Origin: a virus
DNA: 64,000 nt
Virus record (IMG/VR): IMGVR_UViG_3300036831_000050
Span: 1 to 64,000 of that record
Direction: 5' to 3' (one strand)
A program made the translations under genes and the position numbers. This document shows, one piece after another, positions 18,969 through 28,608 of this stretch. The notes under the pieces were generated by a model, which was given only the letters and a program-made list of their open reading frames with translations, was not told the origin of the DNA and did not search any database. Each line of letters begins with the position of its first letter. The first letter of the stretch is position 1.

Positions 18969-21900
18969 TGAAGACCATTCCCGAGACCGTCCTGGCACGC
19001 TGGCTGTCAGGGGAGCTGGTCGGACAGGCCAAGCACCAGATGGTCGTGCGCGTTCGGCCTGGTGTCGTCATGCGCCAGTACGCCGAGCTTGAGCGCATCG
19101 ACCTGGCCAAGTGGCCGCACGTCACACCGATGATCTACGACGGCGACAATTCGACACCGTGGCAGGGTCAGTGGGTGCCGCTAGGCGACTGGGTGACGCT
19201 ACCGCACATACAGAGCAGCAAGTACACCCGGAGCTTTGACCAGAACGGCAGTTCCACGCTAACTGTCGTTCAGGACAACATCGCCTTCACGCCCCAGTCG
19301 GGCTTCGCGGGCATCTACCGCAACATCGAGCGCGGGTACTTCTCGCCGTCGCGTGGCATTGTGCTCAGCTCTCGGCCGAGCCTGTGGACCGAGACCGGCT
19401 GGACGGACGTGCTCAACGGCGGCTACCAGATCGAGCTATGGGAGGGCTACGGTCTGGACCGCGACCCGTCCGTCATTCCACTAGAGACCCCCGACCCGGT
19501 GACGCACTCCTGCGCCCCACCCGATGCGGCGATCTCCCGCACGTGGACGGGCCTCATCGAGACCGTCGATCTGGAGTCACAGCCCGACCACATCACCCTG
19601 ACATGTCGGGACTTCGGCATTCTCTTCACCGACCAGTACCTCCAGCATGCCAACAAGGACCCCGCCATCATCGCGCCGACCACCTTCGCGGACCGGCGCA
19701 CCACGATGGGCGAGCAGGCGGTCCAAGCCCTGCTGCCGCCGCCGAGCGGTGCCAACGGCGGTGGCCTACAGGGTAACTCTTACGAGGCCGTAGGCACGGA
19801 GGGTGCATATCTGAAGAAGCACGGCTACTTCGCCTTCACCACATCGAGAGCGTCGTCACGGTTCACCACCCCGGCCGACGCCAAGGTGGACACGTACAAC
19901 AGCACCTACCCGTGGGAGACCACCTCGTTCGTGCTGGCGAATGGCTGGGTGTCAGCAGCACAGGCCCACCCGAACGACTATCAATGGCTGGAGATGGACC
20001 TTCCGGCTGGTGAGTACAGCGAGTTCGACATGGCACTGCCGTTCGCCCAGGAGGCATGGGTGTCCATCTACGTTGGACCTGGCGGGGGCTGGTATGACGA
20101 CAAGACCGGGCTACTGCCCGAGGGCTGGGCCGACCCCGACGGGAACGGCGACACACCGCTCGGCATACCGTTCGTCCACCACTTCGGCACTGTTCCCCCG
20201 TCGTGGGTGCCGGGTACTGACAAGGCCGGGAATGTCATCAACGCGACGACGTATGCCGGTCCGCTTCAGTTCGGCCACGACTTCGTGGTGCCGAAGGGGT
20301 CAAAGCTGCGTGTCACATTCGGCAAGCTCAAGTTCCGCGACCCCTCCTATGACACCGCGCCACCGTTCCCCGCAGGACTGTGGGAGAAGTTGACCACCGA
20401 GATACAGAGCGTCTTGCCAGTACGGGATGCACGTGACCTAGTTGCGCGCGATCAGAAGGGGGTCGATGCCTGGAGTTCCGAAGTCAACAAGATGAAGGCA
20501 TGGCAGTCGCAGGCCCACCACTGGGTGAACACCCCCTCGGAGTGGCCGTCGTGGTGGACCGATGTGATGAGAGGCCAGCTCAACAACGTCCCGGCAGGCA
20601 GCGTGAAGATCAACGCCCCTGTCATGCAGGGCACGACCATGGGACCTGACGTACTTGTGCTCCCCAACCCTCACTCCCCCGACGGGTTTGACTACTTCGC
20701 CACCAACTACGACCACGGGCAGATCGACCGGGCCAACGACAAGAAGAGCTGGAGCAGTGAGCCGGTTGCCTGGTTTGACAGTCAGCTCAAGAATGCCGAG
20801 GCCCAGCTCGATGCCTGGCAGCGGCAGCTCAAGGGCGATCAGGAGTTCCTAGACCAGGCCATCAAGGCCAAGTCGGTGGCGGCGACGGCGAAGGCGCGGC
20901 TTGCCGCACTCATGTCAAATTACAAAGAGCTGTGGATCAAGGACTCCCATCATCGCCCCGGCTACTACGCTGGGTGCAACTACCTGCGTGCGTACAGAGT
21001 GTCAAAGACCGACCCGTCCGTCGATGTGGGTCAGTTCGACATGGGCGGCGCGCCGGTCAACGCCGAGCACTGGGTGCTCGTAGACGACGCCTCTGAAGTC
21101 ATCACCCAGCTCTGCATCTGGCTGGGCTTCAAGGAATGGGACATCGACCGCTACGGATGGTCACTTGTCAACCCGATGCAGTGGGGCATTGACAAGTTCT
21201 TCATCGACGTGGTGAATGACATGCTGGGCCAGGGCAACTACGTGTTCTTCATGGGACCGCCCACCGAGGACGACCGCAGCATCGGCGTGCCGAGCTTCAA
21301 GCAGCAGCGCGCAGTCGCCAACCCGGTGCCTGACATGCTTCAGGTAGACGACCACCTCCTCACCGAAGCAGCGCAGATGAAATGGGACCTGTCCACGCTG
21401 CCGGGGCAGTTCATCTACCGGGGCGACCCAGTGCCGACGGACGGCTCGCGCGGTCCCGGCCAGACGTATGAGAACGATCTGGTGGACACTTACATGGCAA
21501 CTTACGTTCCGCCGTGGGCTGGCGCGGAGAACTGGACACCCCTCGACGGCTCAGACCCAATGACAGTGGACCCGCCAAACAGGGTCGCCGGAGTCATGCG
21601 CCACTTCATTCAGACCGTCGGCGTCAACGTCGTCATCGGCCTCACCTCCAACGAGGAGTGCCTGTTCGCCTGCCTGCTGGCGGCCGTGCAGTACGCGCTC
21701 GGCATCGCCACCGGACAGGTTCAGGTGCCTGGTCTCGCGGTCCCGCAGCTCAACGACCAGATCAGCGTCGTTGACGAGGGGAGTGGCATCAACTCGCGCA
21801 TGTGGATCGCCTCGATTGACAGCGAACACACGGGCGGCTCCAACGGCATGTGGAAGATGGTCATATCAGGGTCTTACATCGACCACGTGGACATGGTGCT

Positions 21901-21994
21901 GGTGCTCGATGACTACTGGGCAGCACTCAAGGCGTACCAGGCACTCAAGCAGGACCCGATCACTCTCGTCCCCGTCGGACAGGTGGGCTTCTAA
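18968..21994 (+). CDS. Tail tip/baseplate hub protein with large central insertion
   Basis: N-terminal 'WTGLIETVD....ITLTCRD' and C-terminal 'PQLNDQISV....MWIASIDSEH' are hub-like; follows Dit. Confidence 0.65.
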   Translation: MKTIPETVLARWLSGELVGQAKHQMVVRVRPGVVMRQYAELERIDLAKWPHVTPMIYDGDNSTPWQGQWVPLGDWVTLPHIQSSKYTRSFDQNGSSTLTVVQDNIAFTPQSGFAGIYRNIERGYFSPSRGIVLSSRPSLWTETGWTDVLNGGYQIELWEGYGLDRDPSVIPLETPDPVTHSCAPPDAAISRTWTGLIETVDLESQPDHITLTCRDFGILFTDQYLQHANKDPAIIAPTTFADRRTTMGEQAVQALLPPPSGANGGGLQGNSYEAVGTEGAYLKKHGYFAFTTSRASSRFTTPADAKVDTYNSTYPWETTSFVLANGWVSAAQAHPNDYQWLEMDLPAGEYSEFDMALPFAQEAWVSIYVGPGGGWYDDKTGLLPEGWADPDGNGDTPLGIPFVHHFGTVPPSWVPGTDKAGNVINATTYAGPLQFGHDFVVPKGSKLRVTFGKLKFRDPSYDTAPPFPAGLWEKLTTEIQSVLPVRDARDLVARDQKGVDAWSSEVNKMKAWQSQAHHWVNTPSEWPSWWTDVMRGQLNNVPAGSVKINAPVMQGTTMGPDVLVLPNPHSPDGFDYFATNYDHGQIDRANDKKSWSSEPVAWFDSQLKNAEAQLDAWQRQLKGDQEFLDQAIKAKSVAATAKARLAALMSNYKELWIKDSHHRPGYYAGCNYLRAYRVSKTDPSVDVGQFDMGGAPVNAEHWVLVDDASEVITQLCIWLGFKEWDIDRYGWSLVNPMQWGIDKFFIDVVNDMLGQGNYVFFMGPPTEDDRSIGVPSFKQQRAVANPVPDMLQVDDHLLTEAAQMKWDLSTLPGQFIYRGDPVPTDGSRGPGQTYENDLVDTYMATYVPPWAGAENWTPLDGSDPMTVDPPNRVAGVMRHFIQTVGVNVVIGLTSNEECLFACLLAAVQYALGIATGQVQVPGLAVPQLNDQISVVDEGSGINSRMWIASIDSEHTGGSNGMWKMVISGSYIDHVDMVLVLDDYWAALKAYQALKQDPITLVPVGQVGF

Positions 21995-22539
21995 TGGCTG
22001 GGGGCCAACGAGAGAACCAGAGTTGGGCCGAAAGCCAGCGGCACGCGGCAGGTCGGGCGAGCGGGAGGGCACGTGTCAACCAGCTCGGACGTGCGCTTGC
22101 TCGCGTTGAGATTCGCCGCGCCCAGACCGAGCAGAGCAAGGCCAAGCGCGCTGCACAGGGCCAGGGCGAGTATGACCAGCAAGTCCAGTTCCCGTTCCAC
22201 GGCAACGCCACGGCGGACTGGTCCTTCGTTGACAAGCAGGTCAAGCTCCGCATGCCATTCATCTCCGCCAAGCAGCAGCGTCCAGTGCCGTTCGAGACCC
22301 CACACTTCACCTACGGCGTAGTGCTTGACAACCCGCCGAAGGACATGCTCATCGTCGTGGTCACCGTGGTGCAGTGGACGGTGAATCGAAGGGGTTGGAC
22401 CACGGGCGCCACCGTTCGAGTGGCCGCCCAGGCGCCCAACGCCGGGAAGCTCGCGTTTAGCGGTACAGTCCATCTCACGTTCTCCGGTTACTCGGCGTAC
22501 GCCGAGAACCAGAACACTCAGCCACAAGGGAGCCTATAG
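21994..22539 (+). CDS. Minor tail protein
   Basis: Coupled within the tail operon. Confidence 0.5.
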   Translation: MAGGQRENQSWAESQRHAAGRASGRARVNQLGRALARVEIRRAQTEQSKAKRAAQGQGEYDQQVQFPFHGNATADWSFVDKQVKLRMPFISAKQQRPVPFETPHFTYGVVLDNPPKDMLIVVVTVVQWTVNRRGWTTGATVRVAAQAPNAGKLAFSGTVHLTFSGYSAYAENQNTQPQGSL

Positions 22540-22541
22540 CC

Positions 22542-24068
22542 ATGCCCGCCAAGACACCGTTCGCAGGTCTCGAAGTCCTCTTCGGTCCGGGCGACCCGCT
22601 CAGCTCTGACGGCTACGCCTTCACGGCCGTCAACCCGGTCGTCATCGACGCGCTGTTGCGCATCGGCGCTGTCACGCACAGGCACGATGGTCACGCCGCG
22701 ATGGCCGACCCGACCGATGCCCCGGTGCTGGCCGTCAACCCGGCCGGTGGCAACATTCCGGGCGGCCTGGAGCTGCACATCTGCTACACGCTGCTGGACA
22801 TCGACGGTGGCGAAACGCTCCCGGTCCCGGCTACCTCGATTGTCACACCGAGCGGCTTCGCGACCCCCACGAACGAGCCGAGCGTCGCGCAGATCGCGGT
22901 CCCCTCCGGGCACAAGGGTCTGCTGAAGGGCAGCTACAGCTTCGGCGTGACGGTCACGGACGGCGAGGGTGGCGAGACCCAGATGAGTCCCATGACGACC
23001 ATCTACGGGCAGGACGCCTTCCACGTCAGCGGCCTGACGGCACTCGTCAACGCTGCCAGCGGCAGCAACCCAATGGCGGGCTGGCGGCTGTGGGTGCAGG
23101 CGAACGGTGGTGCGCTGTACCTCATTGGCACGGGGACACATGCCACCGATGCCTTCACCTACGACGGCAATGTCATCGGTGACTGCACGATTAGCCCACC
23201 CGCGATTGACACCACCACCACGAACAACCAGCTTGAGGTGACAGTTCCGAACACGCAGCCTGCGGGCGCTGAGCGGTTCGCAATCTACGTCAGCATCAAC
23301 GGCGCCTTCAACTCACCGGCCCTACTTGGCGGCCCGTACCCCGCTGCCGATCTCGGCACTGTCAAGACATTCGCCAACCTGCTGGTCCAGCCTGGCGCTC
23401 CGCCACCCGTCAGTCGCTCCTACCCCGGCGCGGCGAAAATCGACCCGGACACGGAGATGCTGGCCTTCCCCTGGAAGCGGCCGGTGGCCACCAGCGCCGA
23501 CCTGCCATCGGGCGCCAACGAGGACGGCGACGTACGCATCGCGCTCGACACCAAGATTCCGTGGGTGTGGAACGCGGCCGGACCCGCCTGGGAGATTCTG
23601 CCGATTCCCGACGTTGAGCCGGTGGACTCGTTCAAGGGCACGGTGGCCACTACGGCAGCACTTCCGTCTGCCGGTAACACCGACGGCGACGTGTATCTGG
23701 TCCGCGATAGCTACCAGCTCTGGGTCTGGGAGAACACGGCAGCCGTGTGGGTGCCGCTTACCGAGGAGGCGGCCAACCATCAGGTCGCCGCCTATCAGCT
23801 CGTCCTCACCGACGTGGGCAAGACCGTGGAGTTCGACGTGGCGGCCGGAGCGGCCGTGACGGTGCCGACCCATGCCACGGTGGCCTTCCCCGTGGGCGCG
23901 GTCATCAGAGTCCTCCAATTCGGCGCGGGGCAGGCAGCGATCACCGCTGCGGGCGGTGTCACGATTCACTCCAAGGGAGGTCTGACCCATACCGCCGCCC
24001 AGTACAGCGAAGTGAAGCTGCGTCAGCGCGCCGTCGATGAGTGGGTGCTGACCGGCGACCTGGCATGA
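22542..24068 (+). CDS. Tail fibre/minor tail protein
   Basis: Two 'VAT.A.LPS..N.DGDV......WVW....W' repeats and a common C-terminal tail domain ending 'EWVLTGDLA'. Confidence 0.7.
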   Translation: MPAKTPFAGLEVLFGPGDPLSSDGYAFTAVNPVVIDALLRIGAVTHRHDGHAAMADPTDAPVLAVNPAGGNIPGGLELHICYTLLDIDGGETLPVPATSIVTPSGFATPTNEPSVAQIAVPSGHKGLLKGSYSFGVTVTDGEGGETQMSPMTTIYGQDAFHVSGLTALVNAASGSNPMAGWRLWVQANGGALYLIGTGTHATDAFTYDGNVIGDCTISPPAIDTTTTNNQLEVTVPNTQPAGAERFAIYVSINGAFNSPALLGGPYPAADLGTVKTFANLLVQPGAPPPVSRSYPGAAKIDPDTEMLAFPWKRPVATSADLPSGANEDGDVRIALDTKIPWVWNAAGPAWEILPIPDVEPVDSFKGTVATTAALPSAGNTDGDVYLVRDSYQLWVWENTAAVWVPLTEEAANHQVAAYQLVLTDVGKTVEFDVAAGAAVTVPTHATVAFPVGAVIRVLQFGAGQAAITAAGGVTIHSKGGLTHTAAQYSEVKLRQRAVDEWVLTGDLA

Positions 24069-25108
24069 GTCCGGTCCCCGCATTCAAGGACGACTTCAGC
24101 ACTGACAACAGTGCTACGTGGCAGTTCGACGCCTATCTGGGCGGTGGAGGTGACGGGGGCGCCTTCGGCGGAAACTCCTGGGACCTGACAGCCTTCCCCG
24201 GCAATCTGTACGTCGCATCGGAGGCGGGGGCGCCCCATGAGTTCGTCACGATTGCGGCGGCCGGTCATGACTTCACTGTGGCCACGTGCAACGTCGTGGC
24301 CGTGCAGATGGTGGGCTTCCCTGGTGGCACCGACCGCGCCCATGGAGTGTCCGTAGGACTGGCGAACTTGACCGCCCCCTACAACGAGCTGGTGGCCAGT
24401 CTCAACGGGAACCTGCTCGGCCTGTGTCTCGGCCACTCCCCCGATCTCACGTCCACGTTGATCGACATACCTGACACCGCCGACGGCTTCGCCTGCGACA
24501 ACACCCTGCCGCTTTGGCTGGCGCTGGTGCTCGACGGACCAGACACACTGGCGTGTGTCTACGACACGGACCCCTTCGCTGGCGGTGCGCTGCCGACTCC
24601 AAGGGCCAAACTCAAGTGGAGTGATTACGCAGTCGCGCAGGGCCAGCCAGCGGACCCCACGACAGGCCTGGGGACCTGCGTGCCGCAGCTCGGCTTCTGG
24701 CTGACCGGCATCAGTCCGCAGGACACGATGAGGGTGGACAACTGGGAGGCAGGCGAGATGCCTCGCGTCCAGCCCGACAACATCAAGGTGGGGGCACAGC
24801 CCAACTCGATTCCGGCCGACGGCACGTCGCAGAGCGATGTAACGGCGCTCGTCAGGGATCACACGGGCGCGGGCGTGCCCGGACTAGCCGTGGTCTTCAC
24901 ACCGGCCGCGCACTTCGGTGGCGCTGTCACTGACAACGGCGACGGGTCCTACGACACGCTCTTCACCAGCGACACCAACCCAGGCTCGGTAGAGGTGCAG
25001 GCCAAGACCGGGACCATCTCTGCCACCACCTCGATTCAGCAGAGGCCACCGGGCGACATTCACGCTGGGCCGCCGCAGGTCGGGATCGTGAAGCGGGGTC
25101 CACGATGA
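24065..25108 (+). CDS. Tail-associated protein with C-terminal Big-1 (invasin-type Ig) domain
   Basis: 'SIPADGTSQSDVTALVRD..G..VPGL.V.F......VTDNGDGSY...FTS'; ATGA coupling at 24065. Confidence 0.75.
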   Translation: MSPVPAFKDDFSTDNSATWQFDAYLGGGGDGGAFGGNSWDLTAFPGNLYVASEAGAPHEFVTIAAAGHDFTVATCNVVAVQMVGFPGGTDRAHGVSVGLANLTAPYNELVASLNGNLLGLCLGHSPDLTSTLIDIPDTADGFACDNTLPLWLALVLDGPDTLACVYDTDPFAGGALPTPRAKLKWSDYAVAQGQPADPTTGLGTCVPQLGFWLTGISPQDTMRVDNWEAGEMPRVQPDNIKVGAQPNSIPADGTSQSDVTALVRDHTGAGVPGLAVVFTPAAHFGGAVTDNGDGSYDTLFTSDTNPGSVEVQAKTGTISATTSIQQRPPGDIHAGPPQVGIVKRGPR

Positions 25109-26091
25109 CGCACTGGACCGATGACTTCACGCACGACCACTTCACGGACGGCACCTACACGGTCGGAGCACTCCCGTCCTACCACGTGGGTGGGGGTGAC
25201 CTGTCCGTGGAGGTGCTGGACTGGACGGACGAACACCTCAGTGGCCGCTATCTGCGCGACGGCGGTGTGTTCACGTCCTGGCTGAGGGTCGATGACATCA
25301 CCAACCTCTACTTCGCGCAGCTCAGACTCTCCAACCTGAGTGACACCTTCATTCGCGGACTGATCTACGGTCCCGATATACCTTCGGGGGTCGGCGGTGT
25401 CGCGAACGAGGCCGATGTCACCTACGGAGGGCCGAGCTTCGGCGGCGACTTCGCCATGTTCTTCGCTGACCAGCCGACGAGTGGGCCGGTCACGATCACC
25501 ATGGAGGTCTTCGCCCCCGGTCTGCTGATAGGCCAGGCTGCCATCAGGCTCAAGGTCACGTGGCCTCCCGACCACTTTGACGAGAGCGTGTTGGCCATCG
25601 CTGACGCCGACTGGGCGACGCTCAAGGGCATGACACTCTGGCCAGAGGTAGTGGCCAACGGCCGTTCGGGGCTAGGCGCGCTGGACCCCAGCGCCCATGA
25701 TGTCGTCTTCACTGAGTGGCACTACGACGATGAGGGCGGCGGGCCGCCTCCGCCTCCGCCGAGAGCGACGATGGCGCTCGGCGCCAACCCCGGGTCAATT
25801 CCAGCAGACGCCAGCTCGACCAGTGATGTGACAGCGTACGTGAGAGACCATTCGGGCGCGGGTGTGCCTGGCCTGGGCGTCGTGTTCACACCGGCCTCGC
25901 ATTTCGGCGGCGCCGTCACCGACAATGGCGACGGGACCTACGACACGACTTTCACCAGCGACCTGAACCCCGGCTCGGTGGAGGTGCAGGCGGCGGCGGC
26001 CACCCTCAGGGCCACCACGGCCATTCGGCAGCGGGGCGAGCAGGGCGATATGCACGCTGGCGCCCATCAAGTAGGCATTTTGCGGCCTTAG
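25105..26091 (+). CDS. Paralogous tail-associated protein with C-terminal Big-1 domain
   Basis: Same Big-1 motif after a poly-Pro linker; different N-terminal domain. Confidence 0.75.
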   Translation: MTHWTDDFTHDHFTDGTYTVGALPSYHVGGGDLSVEVLDWTDEHLSGRYLRDGGVFTSWLRVDDITNLYFAQLRLSNLSDTFIRGLIYGPDIPSGVGGVANEADVTYGGPSFGGDFAMFFADQPTSGPVTITMEVFAPGLLIGQAAIRLKVTWPPDHFDESVLAIADADWATLKGMTLWPEVVANGRSGLGALDPSAHDVVFTEWHYDDEGGGPPPPPPRATMALGANPGSIPADASSTSDVTAYVRDHSGAGVPGLGVVFTPASHFGGAVTDNGDGTYDTTFTSDLNPGSVEVQAAAATLRATTAIRQRGEQGDMHAGAHQVGILRP

Positions 26092-26114
26092 GGAAAGTCT
26101 CCAGTTTGCGGGAA

Positions 26115-26126
26115 GAACACAGGTTC
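26115..26126. promoter_or_regulatory. Possible LexA (Gram-positive SOS) box GAAC-ACAG-GTTC
   Basis: Matches GAAC-N4-GTTC in the intergenic gap before the recombination operon. Confidence 0.4.
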
Positions 26127-26137
26127 CGTCCGAGCCA

Positions 26138-26154
26138 TGGGGCATGATGCAACA
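26138..26154. promoter_or_regulatory. 17-bp palindromic operator copy (TGGGGCA-TGA-TGCAACA)
   Basis: Member of the repeated intergenic motif family. Confidence 0.55.
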
Positions 26155-26177
26155 GTCCGAATCGAGAGGAGTACCCG

Positions 26178-27218
26178 ATGCCCCAGCAGCAGTGGCAGCC
26201 ACCCGCGCCGCCAGACGAACCCGTGCAGGAAGGTGCGCGTTGGCGCTGGCATAAGCCGCCCAGCGAGGCCGTGGCCACGTGGTTTGGCCAGCAGCACATC
26301 GCAGACGAGCTGGACCATGAGCACTACGTCGGCGGCGTGGTCCTCATTCCCCAGTCGGAGAAGGTGAAGTACACCAAGCCCGACGGCAGCGGCACCATCG
26401 AGCGCCAGGAACAGGTCTTCACGCCGTACGTCCAGATCGGGACGCGCATCGCCTACTTCCACGATCTCGCGGAAGCGCGCAACTTGATTCCTGTCATAGA
26501 GCCAGCCGACGTGCCGCGTGCCACCAACCCCCAGTCGCTCTACTTCAACGCCAACATGGAGGCGGGCCTGTGGTGGCACGTCGTCGCCGGTCGCAACCAG
26601 GGCGACGGCAACCAGCGGTTCCTCTGCGCGACGTGGACCGTGGCGCTCTACAAGCCCGAGAGCTACGCGCGCAAGCTCAACGGCCACAAAGAGATGCCCG
26701 TGCGTCAGGGCCGGGGCACCAAGCAGGTCTGGGGCAGCGCCGACATCAACCAGATCGCCAAGGCTCAGACCGGCGCCATCGGCCGCGCGTTGGGCGTGTG
26801 CGGCATTCTCGTCGTCGGCACGGGTATCGCCACGGCGGAGGACATGCAGGAGTACGTCGGAGCACCGCCCCAGCAGCCCGTGCAGGGCGAGCCGCAGCTT
26901 CCCGTACCCACCGAGGTGCCTGGGGCCGAGGCGCCGCCACTGGACCCGGAGGCCGCGCTGGACCAGCTCAGGGCGCACGCCATGACCCTCCAGGCCCAGA
27001 TGCAGGAGCGCGGCGTGTGGCCGGAGTTCTCGGCCTGGTACTCCGAACGGGCCAAAGAGTCCGGGTGGTCCAGCCTCAACGACGTGCCGCACGATGCACT
27101 GCGCGGCGTCGTCAGTCGCATGGAGCGCATGGTGGCCGAGGCGCCCGCCAGTGTGCCTAACGAGCAAACTCAAGTCGCACCACTAGAGGAGGTGGCGAGT
27201 GAGCCGGTTCAGCAGTGA
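26178..27218 (+). CDS. Putative single-strand annealing (Rad52/Sak-like) recombination protein
   Basis: 'YVQIGTRIAYF ... KAQTGAIGRALGVCGI...GIATAEDM' resembles phage SSAP motifs; first gene of the recombination operon. Confidence 0.5.
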   Translation: MPQQQWQPPAPPDEPVQEGARWRWHKPPSEAVATWFGQQHIADELDHEHYVGGVVLIPQSEKVKYTKPDGSGTIERQEQVFTPYVQIGTRIAYFHDLAEARNLIPVIEPADVPRATNPQSLYFNANMEAGLWWHVVAGRNQGDGNQRFLCATWTVALYKPESYARKLNGHKEMPVRQGRGTKQVWGSADINQIAKAQTGAIGRALGVCGILVVGTGIATAEDMQEYVGAPPQQPVQGEPQLPVPTEVPGAEAPPLDPEAALDQLRAHAMTLQAQMQERGVWPEFSAWYSERAKESGWSSLNDVPHDALRGVVSRMERMVAEAPASVPNEQTQVAPLEEVASEPVQQ

Positions 27219-27780
27219 CTACGACGACGAGTATTTCCCCAACCAGGCCGCGCTCTGGCAGGCCAACGCCAGACGCGCACTGAAGGGGAAGAAGGGTCGC
27301 AAGGCTCTCGCTGAGCTGCGCGACGCACTGCGGGCACTGCCCGAGAAGCGCCTGATCGCTGGCGCGCTGTGCACCGTGGGCGGCCTGGAGCGACCCGACA
27401 TCGCGGAGAAGCTGGCCGAGGAGGAGCGCCGTCATGAGGAGAACCCTCAGTGGGGCAACTGGTATCGCGACGAGGCGACGAGCAAGGTGAAGGAAGAGGG
27501 CGAGGGCGTGTGCGCCATCGGCGCATACCTCTGGCACCGCGAAGTGAAGGCCGGGACCGACCCCGAGGAGGCGTTCGCCAAGCTGCCGACACTGCTCGAC
27601 ATCGACGGTGGTGACTACGAGACCGCGAGGGCGGGCCACGAAGCCGGACTCACCTTCACGCTCGCCTGGCAGCTCGCCTGGCGCAACGACGAGGAGTACG
27701 ACGGCCTGTCACCAGAGGAGCGGTACGAGTCCTTCATGCGCTGGCTCGATGAGGAGCTGGGCGACGCGGTGGCGGCGTGA
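27199..27780 (+). CDS. Hypothetical phage protein
   Basis: GAGGAGG RBS; coupled to neighbours. Confidence 0.65.
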   Translation: MSRFSSDYDDEYFPNQAALWQANARRALKGKKGRKALAELRDALRALPEKRLIAGALCTVGGLERPDIAEKLAEEERRHEENPQWGNWYRDEATSKVKEEGEGVCAIGAYLWHREVKAGTDPEEAFAKLPTLLDIDGGDYETARAGHEAGLTFTLAWQLAWRNDEEYDGLSPEERYESFMRWLDEELGDAVAA

Positions 27781-28232
27781 CCCTCCACCCCGACAGCCAC
27801 ACCGAGCTGCCGACCATCGAGCAGACCTACGTCCTGACAATCAAGGGTGCGCCGAAGTCGATCAACGCTGGCGGCGGCGGCACACGTGCCAACCACTACG
27901 CGGCGGCGGCCGAGAAGAAGCACTGGCAGGGTCAGTTCGGCCTAGAGCTGATGGTCGCCAAGGTCCGACGGAACATGCTGTTCTGCGGTGTGACTGTCAC
28001 GGTGCGCTTCAAGCATCGTAGCGGCAAGGGGCGCGACGCAGAGAACTACCGCCAGCCCATCATCAAGCCACTGCTCGACGCTCTTCAGGCTGGCGGCTAC
28101 CTTGAGAACGACACTGAGGAGTTCGTCAAGGTCCACGATGTCACCCTGGAGGAGGGCGTGGCCGAGTGGCCGCACGCCGACCCCCGAATCAAGTCAGAGA
28201 TGATCGTCCAACTGGAGGCTGCCTACCTATGA
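27777..28232 (+). CDS. rusA: RusA-like Holliday junction resolvase
   Basis: 'PKSIN ... RDAENY...IKPLLDAL...GYLENDT' matches the RusA catalytic pattern. Confidence 0.7.
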   Translation: MTLHPDSHTELPTIEQTYVLTIKGAPKSINAGGGGTRANHYAAAAEKKHWQGQFGLELMVAKVRRNMLFCGVTVTVRFKHRSGKGRDAENYRQPIIKPLLDALQAGGYLENDTEEFVKVHDVTLEEGVAEWPHADPRIKSEMIVQLEAAYL

Positions 28233-28417
28233 ACCTAGTCCCCCGCACCTACGTGTGCATCGCCCAGCTTCAGGTCGTCGCGCCGGACCCAGCGACAGCC
28301 CAGGAGGCCATCAAGACCGCCGCCGCCAACGTGGCGCCGACGCTCGCCGCCCAGACCGTCCCCGTGACGCTGAGCTTCGAGGAGGAGCAGGGCATGCCCG
28401 TCCTGGCCGAGACATGA
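28229..28417 (+). CDS. Small hypothetical protein
   Basis: ATGA-coupled at both ends. Confidence 0.55.
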   Translation: MNLVPRTYVCIAQLQVVAPDPATAQEAIKTAAANVAPTLAAQTVPVTLSFEEEQGMPVLAET

Positions 28418-28608
28418 AGGTCCGCGTGAACATCGTCATCGACTACGAGTTCACGGACAAAGAGGCGCACGACAGCTACGGCGCCTACGACCCGGCCACC
28501 GTGGCAGCAGCGATGCAGGCGCAGGGCGAGCGTGAGCTGATCGGCGCCTTCGAGCACAAGCAGGGCGTGCAGCACGTCGGCCTGACAGTGCACCCGCTCT
28601 ATGGCTGA
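28414..28608 (+). CDS. Small hypothetical protein
   Basis: ATGA-coupled start. Confidence 0.55.
   Translation: MKVRVNIVIDYEFTDKEAHDSYGAYDPATVAAAMQAQGERELIGAFEHKQGVQHVGLTVHPLYG

Noticed and set aside
24780-26080. Diversity-generating retroelement TR/VR pair
   Set aside because: Both copies are coding, differences are mostly synonymous and not adenine-specific, and there is no reverse transcriptase in the window.
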